DNA of 38,413 bases from sequence record SRR31156797_5071; one strand, 5' to 3'. The notes below the pieces were generated by a model. That model made no database searches and was not told where the DNA came from. It worked only from the letters and a program-made list of their open reading frames with translations. Numbering within the stretch: position 1 is the first letter of the stretch; every line of letters starts with the position of its first letter. Shown piece by piece: positions 1-9,532 of this stretch. The position numbers and the translations under genes were made by a program.

Positions 1-24
1 CTCTCGGAAAGGAGAGGTTAGAAA

Positions 25-192
25 ATGACTACCGACCAGAGGGGCAAAATCGGTGATATACAGGAACAAAGTGTATTTGGGGTACTTGGCAAACCTGATT
101 ACCTTCGTCCTGACAATGGAAATTTATTGACCAGTTTCTGTATTGGCCATGCGAACAGAAAACCGACTACTATCCTCTCACCCATTGAATAG
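25..192 (+). CDS. Possible small hypothetical protein (55 aa, MTTDQRGKIG...LSPIE)
   Basis: ATG at 25 preceded by strong SD-like AGGAGAGG (10-17); frame open to TAG at 190-192. Not in the supplied ORF track; no recognisable family. Confidence 0.25.
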   Translation: MTTDQRGKIGDIQEQSVFGVLGKPDYLRPDNGNLLTSFCIGHANRKPTTILSPIE

Positions 193-678
193 CTTGAAAG
201 ATCTTTTCAACAGCAGATTCGGTAATACTCGATATGTGATGCGTGCCCTCCACCTGCGTACCTACCTATCTGTAACACCGGTGGCCTTATAGGTAATTTA
301 TGTCTTCTCACCTAAATATAGCTCCATTTCCAAGATCATTGGGCGTTCTAGCTGGGAATATTGCTTTATCAATGAAAAACAGAAAAGAGGAGGAAAGTGC
401 CCCTTCTATCATTTGTTAACGAGCAGGTAGGTAGAGACTGCAGGAGCAGTTTGATGTTCTGCAAGAATTCCTGGAAGGTTGAACCATACCTCAAAAGGCC
501 TATCTACTACCGTTTTCAGCAGTAAAACTTGGTTTCACTTACCCTCATGAGCAGTTATTTCCAAAATGGACAGGAACAGTATAAATTTTCAGATTTGCTT
601 AAGTGGCTATAGTTTCCGTAAGAAACATTAAACGGCCTCAGGGCAATATCATTAATTTTTCCATTAAATATAACGTTA

Positions 679-2460
679 CTAAAAATAATACCAGATCGTG
701 TTATAATCCTGCAGATTTTCCCCGTCTTTTTCAAGCCTTTTTAGGTAGTCCAGAATCGGCACATCAACGTAAGAGTATGTGTTCGTTGTGTTAGATAAAT
801 TTTTCTCCCAGGAGTAGAATTCATATACTCTAGCACCAGTCGGCAAGATCGAAAGTAGATCTCGATGCTCCCTTGATTTAAGATAATTCTTCCCCAGTCT
901 AGGTACGTTAAAAACTGCTTCATCTGTCCTTTCCAGACCGGGTAGCAGCCGAGCCTCTTCTTGTTGTTCCATGACCAATCGTGAAATGGGAACACGGTAG
1001 GCCTGGGTCTCCTCTTTTCCTTTTGTGTTAAAAGTATAGTATGGGTCAATTCCGACCAAACGCAAGTGTCTCCGTAAGGCTGAAGCCTCAAATCTTTTTG
1101 AGACAAAATAGGTGTATACCAGCTGGTTGTATACAGGAATTCCGCGGGAGCGCAGTCGGTCCACCGCTTTGACTAGTTGAGGAGTGACTTCATAGGGGGT
1201 TTGGACATGAGTGGTAATCGCCACCTCCCGTCTTCCCAAATCACGGAACTGTGAAAGAATATCAGCCAGGTCGGCTGTAATGCGCATTGGCATGGTAACA
1301 GGGATACGGGTGCCAATGCGTATTCTGTCAACACTCGAAATATCAGCTATTTTAGCAAGAATGTTGGATATTGTTACATCGCCCATGGCGAGTGGATCTC
1401 CACCGGTTATGAGAACCTCGTGTATGGTCGAATGTTCTTTTATCCATCTGATGGCCGCATTGATCTGCTCAATGCCCGCAAATGCTTTAGGCGACATGGC
1501 GTCATCAATTTCCCAGTTGCGCTGACAGTAAACACAAATCTGTGGACAGGTGTTAAAAGGTTTGAATATACAGATAGCCGGGTATCGCCGGGTAATCAGG
1601 TCAAAGGGCGACGTATCCTCCTCTCTCATAAAATCAAGATTAGATGCCTCCCTATTGGAGATGACTTGAGCCACATAATCGGCAGGCGGTAGAACCTGGG
1701 CTCTGATTGAGATGTCACGCCGACTCTGGGTGTCATCCATAAGTGAGAGATAATAAGGTGTGATTCCGAATGGAAGGTTATGTCTTCTGGCTTTTTTAAC
1801 CGCCTTTTTTTCTTCTCTGCTCAGTTTAACGAGGTCCTGAAGTAGTTCAGGCTCTTTTATAATATTTCTTATCTGCCAATGCCAGTTTTGCCAATCATCC
1901 AGTGAAGCATTTAGTTTTGTAATAATTTTGTCGCGCCGTTTATTTCGCCTGGCAATCGAACGCTTGTCGAGTCCGGTTTTATAGTGATTAATTTTCTGAT
2001 CAACTTCTGAACGAATCGCATCAAGCTGTTGGGAACGATGAATTGCCGCAGGTCTTCCTTGGTCATTTATAGCCGAGAGGTGGATGTCATCAAAGGCCTT
2101 ACGGGATCCTTTGCCCTCAATTCCCGAAAGAAGGTGGTACAAGTCTGCATAAAATGCAGGAGTCAAATCGGGACGCGGAATCTCATGAGCTATGTCATAA
2201 ATCACTTGGCCGATGGAAAAACCGGCAAGGTCCTCTGACCTTTTTTTGAGCATATTGCGAAGAACTTGAGAGGTATCACGAATACGGGCAAAAATCGCGG
2301 CGTCCTGATCGTATGATTCGGACGACTCATGCTCTATGTTATACAGATGAATGGCTATTTTTCTACGCACCTGATAAAGGTCTGTACTCTCTTTAGCAGC
2401 GGCAAAAAAACGTGGGTTGACCAATTTCAGTGCTTGAGGGGTGTATTCTAATGTATTCAT
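679..2460 (-). CDS. KamA-family radical-SAM/PLP 2,3-aminomutase (593 aa) with long N-terminal extension; glutamate 2,3-aminomutase-like pocket
   Basis: Radical-SAM motif CPQICVYC; KamA-typical DWQNWHWQ, ITPYYLSL, RRYP, LITGGDPL, RIGTR and PYY; candidate PLP lysine in NVPRLGK (K524). Confidence 0.9.
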   Translation of the reverse strand: MNTLEYTPQALKLVNPRFFAAAKESTDLYQVRRKIAIHLYNIEHESSESYDQDAAIFARIRDTSQVLRNMLKKRSEDLAGFSIGQVIYDIAHEIPRPDLTPAFYADLYHLLSGIEGKGSRKAFDDIHLSAINDQGRPAAIHRSQQLDAIRSEVDQKINHYKTGLDKRSIARRNKRRDKIITKLNASLDDWQNWHWQIRNIIKEPELLQDLVKLSREEKKAVKKARRHNLPFGITPYYLSLMDDTQSRRDISIRAQVLPPADYVAQVISNREASNLDFMREEDTSPFDLITRRYPAICIFKPFNTCPQICVYCQRNWEIDDAMSPKAFAGIEQINAAIRWIKEHSTIHEVLITGGDPLAMGDVTISNILAKIADISSVDRIRIGTRIPVTMPMRITADLADILSQFRDLGRREVAITTHVQTPYEVTPQLVKAVDRLRSRGIPVYNQLVYTYFVSKRFEASALRRHLRLVGIDPYYTFNTKGKEETQAYRVPISRLVMEQQEEARLLPGLERTDEAVFNVPRLGKNYLKSREHRDLLSILPTGARVYEFYSWEKNLSNTTNTYSYVDVPILDYLKRLEKDGENLQDYNTIWYYF

Positions 2461-3470
2461 TGCGCCTGTCTTTCGGTTCTTGTATCACAGGGGTTTCATG
2501 TGCATAGAATGTCGTTAAAATCGACTATCGATGATAACCCATAACTTAAATTATACAACCTGTTCATGTAGTACCGGGCACATATTTTTTTGAAAAGATT
2601 CGCCCGTTGGGGCGTGATTTTAGATAAAGGCTTGTAATTTTTTCGTCATAAATTGCATGAAAAATGGGGGATTTTTTTTACAACTTTGATCAAGAACTGC
2701 CCCTCTACTCTTGCCAAATGCAATAGCGTTAGCTGGTAAGATGTTCCAAAAGGTTTTAATTTCAATTAAGGCTAAAAAAATAAATACTACCACAGGCAAG
2801 TTCTTCATAAAATTAGCTTAGCCAACAAAGTAGAGAGATTTCCTGTCCTTTTAGGATAATAGCATTGAATTTGCGTAATTTGACCTCCCCTTTTGTTTAA
2901 GTGCAGGAAGCATGATGCTGGACTTCAGGACGGACGCTTTTTGCGTATCCGGATGTGCTAAAGGTTCCAGGAAGGTTTGTACTGATGAAGATCTATCGCT
3001 AAAATCGAGCATTGGAACCATACTTTCAACTGTAGTGCTCTCTAGCAGGATCTAGCCAAAAAGCTATAAAGACATCATGCTCTCAGAGCATTTATCCCCC
3101 AAGAGATATCTCTATGAGTCTTCTCTAAGTCTCCCGCTCCAGCTATTCAGGATAAGCCTCCGCTCATCAACGGAAAACACACATTTACAGATAATTGCAC
3201 CCAATATCTTATTTTACAATGTCTAGGCTTCCAGACATAGAGTACGCCGGGCCGTTCAGTATCTATTTTTCTCAAATAAATCCCTCTGTCCAGGAAAGCA
3301 ATTCCATTTACTTCGGTCTCAGCCACTCCTCAAGCAACCTTGTGACTTACTCGATTGGGATGTCTGTGGCACCGACAGCCTACGAGAACGTTGTTGACGA
3401 TATTTCCAAAGCCCATTTTGTTTTTTGATCTCATCCATTTCTATGGGTTAAAATAAATGACAGTACAATA

Positions 3471-3500
3471 ACTGCACTGAACTGAACTGAACTGAACTGA
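3471..3500. repeat. Pentanucleotide tandem repeat ACTGC + (ACTGA)x5
   Basis: Read directly: actgc actga actga actga actga actga, in the intergenic region about 350 bp upstream of the kinase. Confidence 0.9.
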
Positions 3501-3849
3501 AGTAATTTCACACTCCCCTCTGCTTTCATGACCAAATCTGCTTGTATATGTAATTATTTATTTATTGGTTATATCTCATTACATTGTGATGAAAAGTAAA
3601 TCTTCACTAACTGTCTGCTATTGTGGTACAAGAATAAGGTTACTGACAGTCTTTGTGCTCTTTTAATGCTTTGGGTAATTTAGCATAACTATACCATTAT
3701 ATTGCATTGTGCCGTTTTCATCTTTATATCTGAAAATTGAAAAAAATAAAAAGCCAATCTAAACACATGGTAAAAGGCTGATATTATAACAAACTTCAAC
3801 TATTGACTTAATACTCACTGCTTTTGAGCATGATAAGGTGGGCTTACTT

Positions 3850-6800
3850 ATGAAAATGAAAATAAGTATTATGTTAGTTGTCATTAATATCATAATGATA
3901 CTTCCAGCTGTATCCTTTCTAGCTAGCCAACCAAGGAATATTCTTTACATCAGTTCATATCATCCAGGGTTCGAAACTTTTCATTATCAAGTAGCAGGAT
4001 TGCAATCATTACTTGACACAGATGATATTTCGCTAGACGTCGAGTTTATGGATTCAAAGAGATTTCCTAGTGTTGATCAAAAAGAACTCTTTTACAACTC
4101 GTTGAAATATAAAATAGAGCATAACAGGGAATACGAGTTAATAATTGTTGCTGATGATAATGCTTTGACATTTGCTTTAGAACAACAAAAAAAATTATTC
4201 AGAGACATCCCAATTGTTTTCATGGGGATAAACAACATAGAAAATGCCTTAACTCAAAATGAAAATAACCAGGTAACAGGAGTCGTGGAAGATGTTTCTA
4301 TGGCCGAAACAATAGAATTAATGATTCAACTTTTTCCTGATACAAGAAGAATTGTCGCAATTGTTGATAATACGCCATCTGGCCAAGGAGATTTGAAAAA
4401 ATTCTACGAGGTGGGAAAACAATATCAAAATCATCAATTTTCAGAAATATCTCTTAAAAACTATCCCTGGCCTGCTTTTTTAAATGCTCTAAGTACACAT
4501 GGAGGAGAAAGCTCATTTCTCCTTTTATCTGCATATAAGGATAAGGAGGGTAAAACATATACATTCGAGGAAAGTTTGCAGAAGCTCAAAGACGTTACTT
4601 CTCTACCTATATTTCATTTATGGCACCATGGTATTGGGGAGGGACTAATTGGCGGTAAAGTGATTAGCCACTTTGAACAGGGAAAAATTGCGGCAACTAT
4701 CGCAATGAAAGTGTTGTCAGGTATGCCTGTTTCGGACATGAACGTTAAGCTTACAAGTCCAAATAAATATATTTTTGATTATACAGAACTAAAACAGCAC
4801 CATATCGACATATCGGCACTTCCAGGAAAGAGTGTTCTTATAAATGAACCAGATTCATTTTACAAGAAATACACCATATTAATTTGGGTTATTACTGTAA
4901 CGTTTGTCTTGTTGTCAATAGCATTGTTCGTGTCGATTTTTAATATCTCGAAGCGAATAAAAACTGAATTAAATTTGAAAAACAGTAAGGCTATTTTGAC
5001 GGCACTGATTAACGCATCTCCTGAATCAATTTTTCTTATAGATGCGGATGCGAATGTCTTACTTGCAAATAAAATAACTGCAGACCGTTTAGGGATTACA
5101 TTAGAAGATCTTATTGGACGTTGCGCCTATGAATTGCTACCCCCTGAAATAGCGACCTCCAGGAAAAGGGAAATTGACGATTCTTTTTCCAATAACAAAT
5201 CCAACGTATATTATGATGAACGCGATGGGTTACATTTTGAACACCACCTTTATCCAATACAGAGTGCCAATGAAGATTCAAAACAGATGGCAGTTTTTTC
5301 ACGGGACGTAACTTACCAAAAACACTCTGAGGATGAATTAAGGAAGAATTCACTCACACTAACGACTATTTTCAATAGTGCACCATTCATTCTTGTCGTT
5401 ATTAATGAAGACGGAAGGATTGATGATATAAACTATAAAGGGGTTGAATTCTCAGATAAGAAAAAATTTGATATTTCCGGACACCTTGAGGGAGAAGTTT
5501 TTAATTGTCTGAACTCCTTTAAAGGTAAAGGGTGCGGCTTTAACGATAATTGTGAGTCTTGTCCAATCCGAACTAAAGTGGAATCAACTTTTCAATCAGG
5601 CGAGTCACGCATGGAAGAAGAGGGATGTATGACATTCCTAGTTGGTGGACATCCTACTGTAAAAAACCTTCTTATATCGACTAATTTAATAGACATACAT
5701 GGCGAAAGAAAAGTGCTCTTGACTATCGCAGATATAACATCCCGAAAAGAGATGGAGAGCTCGTTGCGTGAGAGTGAAGAACGATATCGACTGTTATTTG
5801 AAAATAGTAGTATGGGAATTGGTATATCCGATATGTCAGGAAACGTAATCATAGCTAACAGTGCTATGACCAAAATGACCGGATACAGACTTTCTGAGTT
5901 ACAACAAATCAACGTGGGTCAATTATATGTGAACTCAAATGACCGCAAAAGACTGCTACGATTAATTGAAAAAAATGGGATAGTTGAAAATTATGAACTT
6001 CAAATGTTAAATAAACAAAAAAAACCATTTTGGGTGAGTATTTCGATAAACCAGATACAAATTAAAGGCGACCAGTTCTTATTAACATCGCAAACCAATA
6101 TCGATAAAAGAAGACATACGGAAGATGCTCTTGAGAAGAGGGTTCTCGCCTTAACTCGCTCAATAGATGATAATGAAAGTATAGAATTTGAAGAACTTTT
6201 CAATATCGAGGATATACAACAGCTTCAAGATCAGTTTGCTACAGCTACTGGGGTTGCATCTATTATCACCAAGGTCGATGGTTCACCCATCACTAAAGGG
6301 AGTAACTTTTGCAGGTTATGCGGTGAAATTATAAGGAAAACTGACAAGGGCATGCTTAATTGCATCAAGTCGGATGAAAGGATAGGACGCTACAATCCAG
6401 ATGGACCCAATATTCAACCCTGCTTAAGCGGTGGCTTGTGGGATGCAGGTGCCGCTATTTCTATCGGTGGAAAGCATATCGCTAACTGGTTAATTGGTCA
6501 GGTTCGTGATGAAACACAATCTACTGAAATAATACGTGAATATGCCCATGAAATAGGCGTTGACGAAGATGTCATGGTTACCGCGTTTATGGAGGTGCCA
6601 GCGATGCCTCGTGAGCAGTTTGAACTTATTGCTCAGGTGCTCTTTACACTAGCCAATCAACTCTCTACATCGGCGTATCAAAACGTCCAGCAAGCTCGCT
6701 TTATAACAGAGCTTGAGCAGTCACAGGACAAACAGAGGCTACTGCAGGACCACTTGAATCAAGCGCAAAAAATGGAAGCCATTGGCACTCTTGCTGGTGG

Positions 6801-7884
6801 CATTGCACATGATTTTAATAACATCTTATCTGGCGTGATTGGTTATACAGAATTGGCTTTAAATGAAGGTAAGGATATCCCCTCTGTTTCAAAACATCTT
6901 CATAGAGTTTTAGAAGCTGGTGGCCGTGCTACTGATTTGGTCAAACAGATACTCTCCTTTAGCAGGAGGCATGAAAGTGAGGTTAAGCCGGTTTGCCCTG
7001 TGAGTATTACCAAAGAAGTTCTAAAGTTGATTAGATCTACAGTGGCATCAAATTTGACTATAAAAGAAGATCTAACATCTGAAAGCTACATACATGCTGA
7101 TCCAACAAACATTCATCAGGTCATCATGAACCTCTGCACAAATGCGACCTATGCTATGAGGCAAAAGGGAGGAGTTCTTTCAGTTGAGGTGCAAGATATA
7201 CATTTGGAGAAAGAAGACCTTTCAATGCATCCTAGAGTTTTGCCTGGCAAGTTTGTTAAGATAAGTGTTGAAGATTCTGGGGTAGGAATGACTAAAGAAG
7301 TCCAGGGAAAAGTTTTTGATCCTTTTTTTACCACCAAGGAGCTTGGTGAAGGAACAGGAATGGGGCTCTCAACTGTACATGGCATTGTAACTAAATTAGG
7401 TGGTTTTGTATCTTTATATAGTGAATTAGGTAAAGGCACAGCCATTCACCTTTTTATTCCGTTGATTCCTGCTAGTTCGAATGAACAAAAAGAAAACGAC
7501 TTCATAGAATTACGAGGTGGTAATGAAAAAATTCTATTTCTTGATGATGAGCAATTTTTGGTTGATCTAGCAAAAGATCAGTTAACGAGATATGGATACC
7601 ATGTTGATGCTTTTTCAGACTCCATAAAGGCTTTAAATTATTTCCAGCGACACTCCAAAGAGTATGATCTTATTATCACGGATGTGACAATGCCCAACAT
7701 GACAGGTGATGAATTTATAAAAAAAGTACGAATGGAGCGAGAAGATATTTCGGTGATTTTATGTACAGGCTTTAGCTATATAATCAATGAAGAAAAGGCT
7801 AATCATTTGGGTGTAAACGCATTTCTTAACAAACCAATAGTTTTAGCAGACCTGTTAAATTCAATTAGAGAGGTGCTAGATTAA
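3850..7884 (+). CDS. Hybrid sensor histidine kinase/response regulator (ABC substrate-binding-like periplasmic domain, TM, ~3 PAS, PocR, HisKA, HATPase_c, REC)
   Basis: H-box LAGGIAHDFNNIL; N-box QVIMNLCTNA; G-boxes DSGVGM, FDPFFTTK and GTGMGLS; receiver LFLDDE...DLIITDVTMP...KP; PocR-like LQDQFATATG...SNFCRLC...GLWD...WLIGQV. ATG 3850 follows AAGGTGG (ORF track starts at GTG 3838). Confidence 0.93.
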   Translation: MKMKISIMLVVINIIMILPAVSFLASQPRNILYISSYHPGFETFHYQVAGLQSLLDTDDISLDVEFMDSKRFPSVDQKELFYNSLKYKIEHNREYELIIVADDNALTFALEQQKKLFRDIPIVFMGINNIENALTQNENNQVTGVVEDVSMAETIELMIQLFPDTRRIVAIVDNTPSGQGDLKKFYEVGKQYQNHQFSEISLKNYPWPAFLNALSTHGGESSFLLLSAYKDKEGKTYTFEESLQKLKDVTSLPIFHLWHHGIGEGLIGGKVISHFEQGKIAATIAMKVLSGMPVSDMNVKLTSPNKYIFDYTELKQHHIDISALPGKSVLINEPDSFYKKYTILIWVITVTFVLLSIALFVSIFNISKRIKTELNLKNSKAILTALINASPESIFLIDADANVLLANKITADRLGITLEDLIGRCAYELLPPEIATSRKREIDDSFSNNKSNVYYDERDGLHFEHHLYPIQSANEDSKQMAVFSRDVTYQKHSEDELRKNSLTLTTIFNSAPFILVVINEDGRIDDINYKGVEFSDKKKFDISGHLEGEVFNCLNSFKGKGCGFNDNCESCPIRTKVESTFQSGESRMEEEGCMTFLVGGHPTVKNLLISTNLIDIHGERKVLLTIADITSRKEMESSLRESEERYRLLFENSSMGIGISDMSGNVIIANSAMTKMTGYRLSELQQINVGQLYVNSNDRKRLLRLIEKNGIVENYELQMLNKQKKPFWVSISINQIQIKGDQFLLTSQTNIDKRRHTEDALEKRVLALTRSIDDNESIEFEELFNIEDIQQLQDQFATATGVASIITKVDGSPITKGSNFCRLCGEIIRKTDKGMLNCIKSDERIGRYNPDGPNIQPCLSGGLWDAGAAISIGGKHIANWLIGQVRDETQSTEIIREYAHEIGVDEDVMVTAFMEVPAMPREQFELIAQVLFTLANQLSTSAYQNVQQARFITELEQSQDKQRLLQDHLNQAQKMEAIGTLAGGIAHDFNNILSGVIGYTELALNEGKDIPSVSKHLHRVLEAGGRATDLVKQILSFSRRHESEVKPVCPVSITKEVLKLIRSTVASNLTIKEDLTSESYIHADPTNIHQVIMNLCTNATYAMRQKGGVLSVEVQDIHLEKEDLSMHPRVLPGKFVKISVEDSGVGMTKEVQGKVFDPFFTTKELGEGTGMGLSTVHGIVTKLGGFVSLYSELGKGTAIHLFIPLIPASSNEQKENDFIELRGGNEKILFLDDEQFLVDLAKDQLTRYGYHVDAFSDSIKALNYFQRHSKEYDLIITDVTMPNMTGDEFIKKVRMEREDISVILCTGFSYIINEEKANHLGVNAFLNKPIVLADLLNSIREVLD

Positions 7885-8162
7885 AAAGTAGTAAACATTC
7901 TAAAACTCAAAAATTTTTAGTTACAAAATTAACAATAGAGCTTCTCTGGACTGACTATTTAACCTTTTATTGCCCCCATTACACATCCTCACGATGCGAT
8001 ATTGTTACTCGTTGGCTTTACAAGTAGAAATCGATTTTATTCTAAGAAATCTTCCCAGCCTTTTTCATCCAGATGGTTCTGCTTATTTTCCCACTGCATC
8101 AACTGAGCTTAGAGCTTGCGAATAAAACATTGCATGTCGCTTAATATGCGGTTGGAGGGGCA

Positions 8163-8194
8163 CTGTGCAGGGTACTAAAACATACCCCGCACAG
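8163..8194 (-). terminator. Stem-loop immediately after the dctM stop
   Basis: Minus strand CTGTGCGGGGTA-8 nt loop-TACCCTGCACAG (one G-U pair). No U-tract, so it may be a stabilising hairpin rather than an intrinsic terminator. Confidence 0.5.
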
Positions 8195-8197
8195 AGT

Positions 8198-9532
8198 TTA
8201 TTCAACCATTTTATTAGGTAGAAAGGAAACGATCTCGGGAAATGCGGTGATAATGATCACCATCAAAATCATAATCATGAAAAACGGAAACGTAGCCTTA
8301 AGGATATTGCCTACTTTTTCGTTGGAAATACCTTCTATAACAAAGATACTGAATCCGACTGGCGGTGTTATCTGAGAAAGCTCCACCATAAAGACCAGAA
8401 AGATACCAAACCAAAGTGGATCGAATCCAGCAGCTACAATTATAGGGAGAACAATGGGCAGGGTCATGACTACGATGGAAATGCCGTCTAGAATCATACC
8501 CAGAATGAGATACATGATAGCAACGACAAGAATCAAAAGATATGGCGAGAGCCCAAGCCCTGAGATATACAGGCTCAGCGCCCTTGCAATACCAACAAAT
8601 CCTACCACCTGAGAAAGAAATGCTGCACCAACGATGATAAACGAGATCATCGAGGTTGTTTTAACCGCTGAAAGGACGGCTTGTTTAAAGTTTGCAAAAG
8701 TCAGGTTTTTAAACCAAAGGGCAAGCCCAAAGGCCCCCACAACGCCAATTGCTGCAGCTTCTGTTGGGGTGGTTATACCCATGTAGATGCCGCCAAGAAC
8801 GATAAATATAAGTAACAGTACGGGGAATAATTCCTGTGAGGATTTAATTTTATCCTTCAAGGTGTACCTTTCCTGCTCCTCTGGCATGACACTAGGGTTG
8901 ATGATCGCCCTTGCTGCAATATACAACGCATATGCAGAAGCCAGTAACAGACCGGGAATAACACCGGCGATGAACAGCTTGCCAATGGAGGTATCAGAAA
9001 GAATACCGTAGATGATCATGATAAGGCTGGGCGGAATCAGAAACCCAAGCGTGCCAGCACCTGCTAAAGAACCAATAGCAATCCCTCGGTCGTAGCCTCT
9101 TTTAGAGAGCTCATCCAAAGTAATTTTCCCTACTGTTGCCGTAGTTGCAGCGCTGGAACCGGAAACCGCAGCAAACAGTGAACAGGCAACAACATTAATA
9201 TGGAGCAGCCTGCCAGGTATGTTTGACAACCACGGCTGCAAGCCATTCAGCAGGCGGGTAGATATCTGGGTCCTGTATAAAATTTCTCCCATCAGAATAA
9301 ACAGAGGCAAAGCGGTCAAAGACCAGGAGTTAGTGCTGTTCCAGATAGAGTTTGCCAGCAGGCCTCCGATTTTATCCCAGATGGAGATAGTCGGCGGCAG
9401 GTTGAGGTCAAACAGCAGCATGCCGACCACACCTGAGGCCATCAGTGAAAATCCTATCCACAATCCGGACAATAACAGCAAAAACATGATCCCGAACAAC
9501 GCAAAAGTCAGGATTAACGGGTCGGAGATGAT
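8198..9532 (-). CDS. dctM: TRAP transporter large permease (DctM); start codon anomalous (ATC at 9532)
   Basis: LPLFILMGEIL, SGSSAAT, GTLGFLIPPS, TPTEAA, FDPLWFGI, QITPPVG. SD TAAGGAGG at 9545-9538 points to ATC 9532-9530; the ORF-track start at 9658 runs inside dctQ and is implausible. Confidence 0.9.
   Translation of the reverse strand: MISDPLILTFALFGIMFLLLLSGLWIGFSLMASGVVGMLLFDLNLPPTISIWDKIGGLLANSIWNSTNSWSLTALPLFILMGEILYRTQISTRLLNGLQPWLSNIPGRLLHINVVACSLFAAVSGSSAATTATVGKITLDELSKRGYDRGIAIGSLAGAGTLGFLIPPSLIMIIYGILSDTSIGKLFIAGVIPGLLLASAYALYIAARAIINPSVMPEEQERYTLKDKIKSSQELFPVLLLIFIVLGGIYMGITTPTEAAAIGVVGAFGLALWFKNLTFANFKQAVLSAVKTTSMISFIIVGAAFLSQVVGFVGIARALSLYISGLGLSPYLLILVVAIMYLILGMILDGISIVVMTLPIVLPIIVAAGFDPLWFGIFLVFMVELSQITPPVGFSIFVIEGISNEKVGNILKATFPFFMIMILMVIIITAFPEIVSFLPNKMVE

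Noticed and set aside
679-2460. Naming the gene kamA, ablA or epmB
   Set aside because: The lysine-binding Asp residues are replaced, the length is atypical and the partner genes are absent.
2620-3428. Short ORFs 2620-2808 (-) and 3195-3428 (+)
   Set aside because: No recognisable motif or convincing SD; retained only as unexplained intergenic DNA.
3471-3500. Repeat as a CRISPR array or iteron
   Set aside because: 5-bp units with no spacers, and no cas or rep gene nearby.
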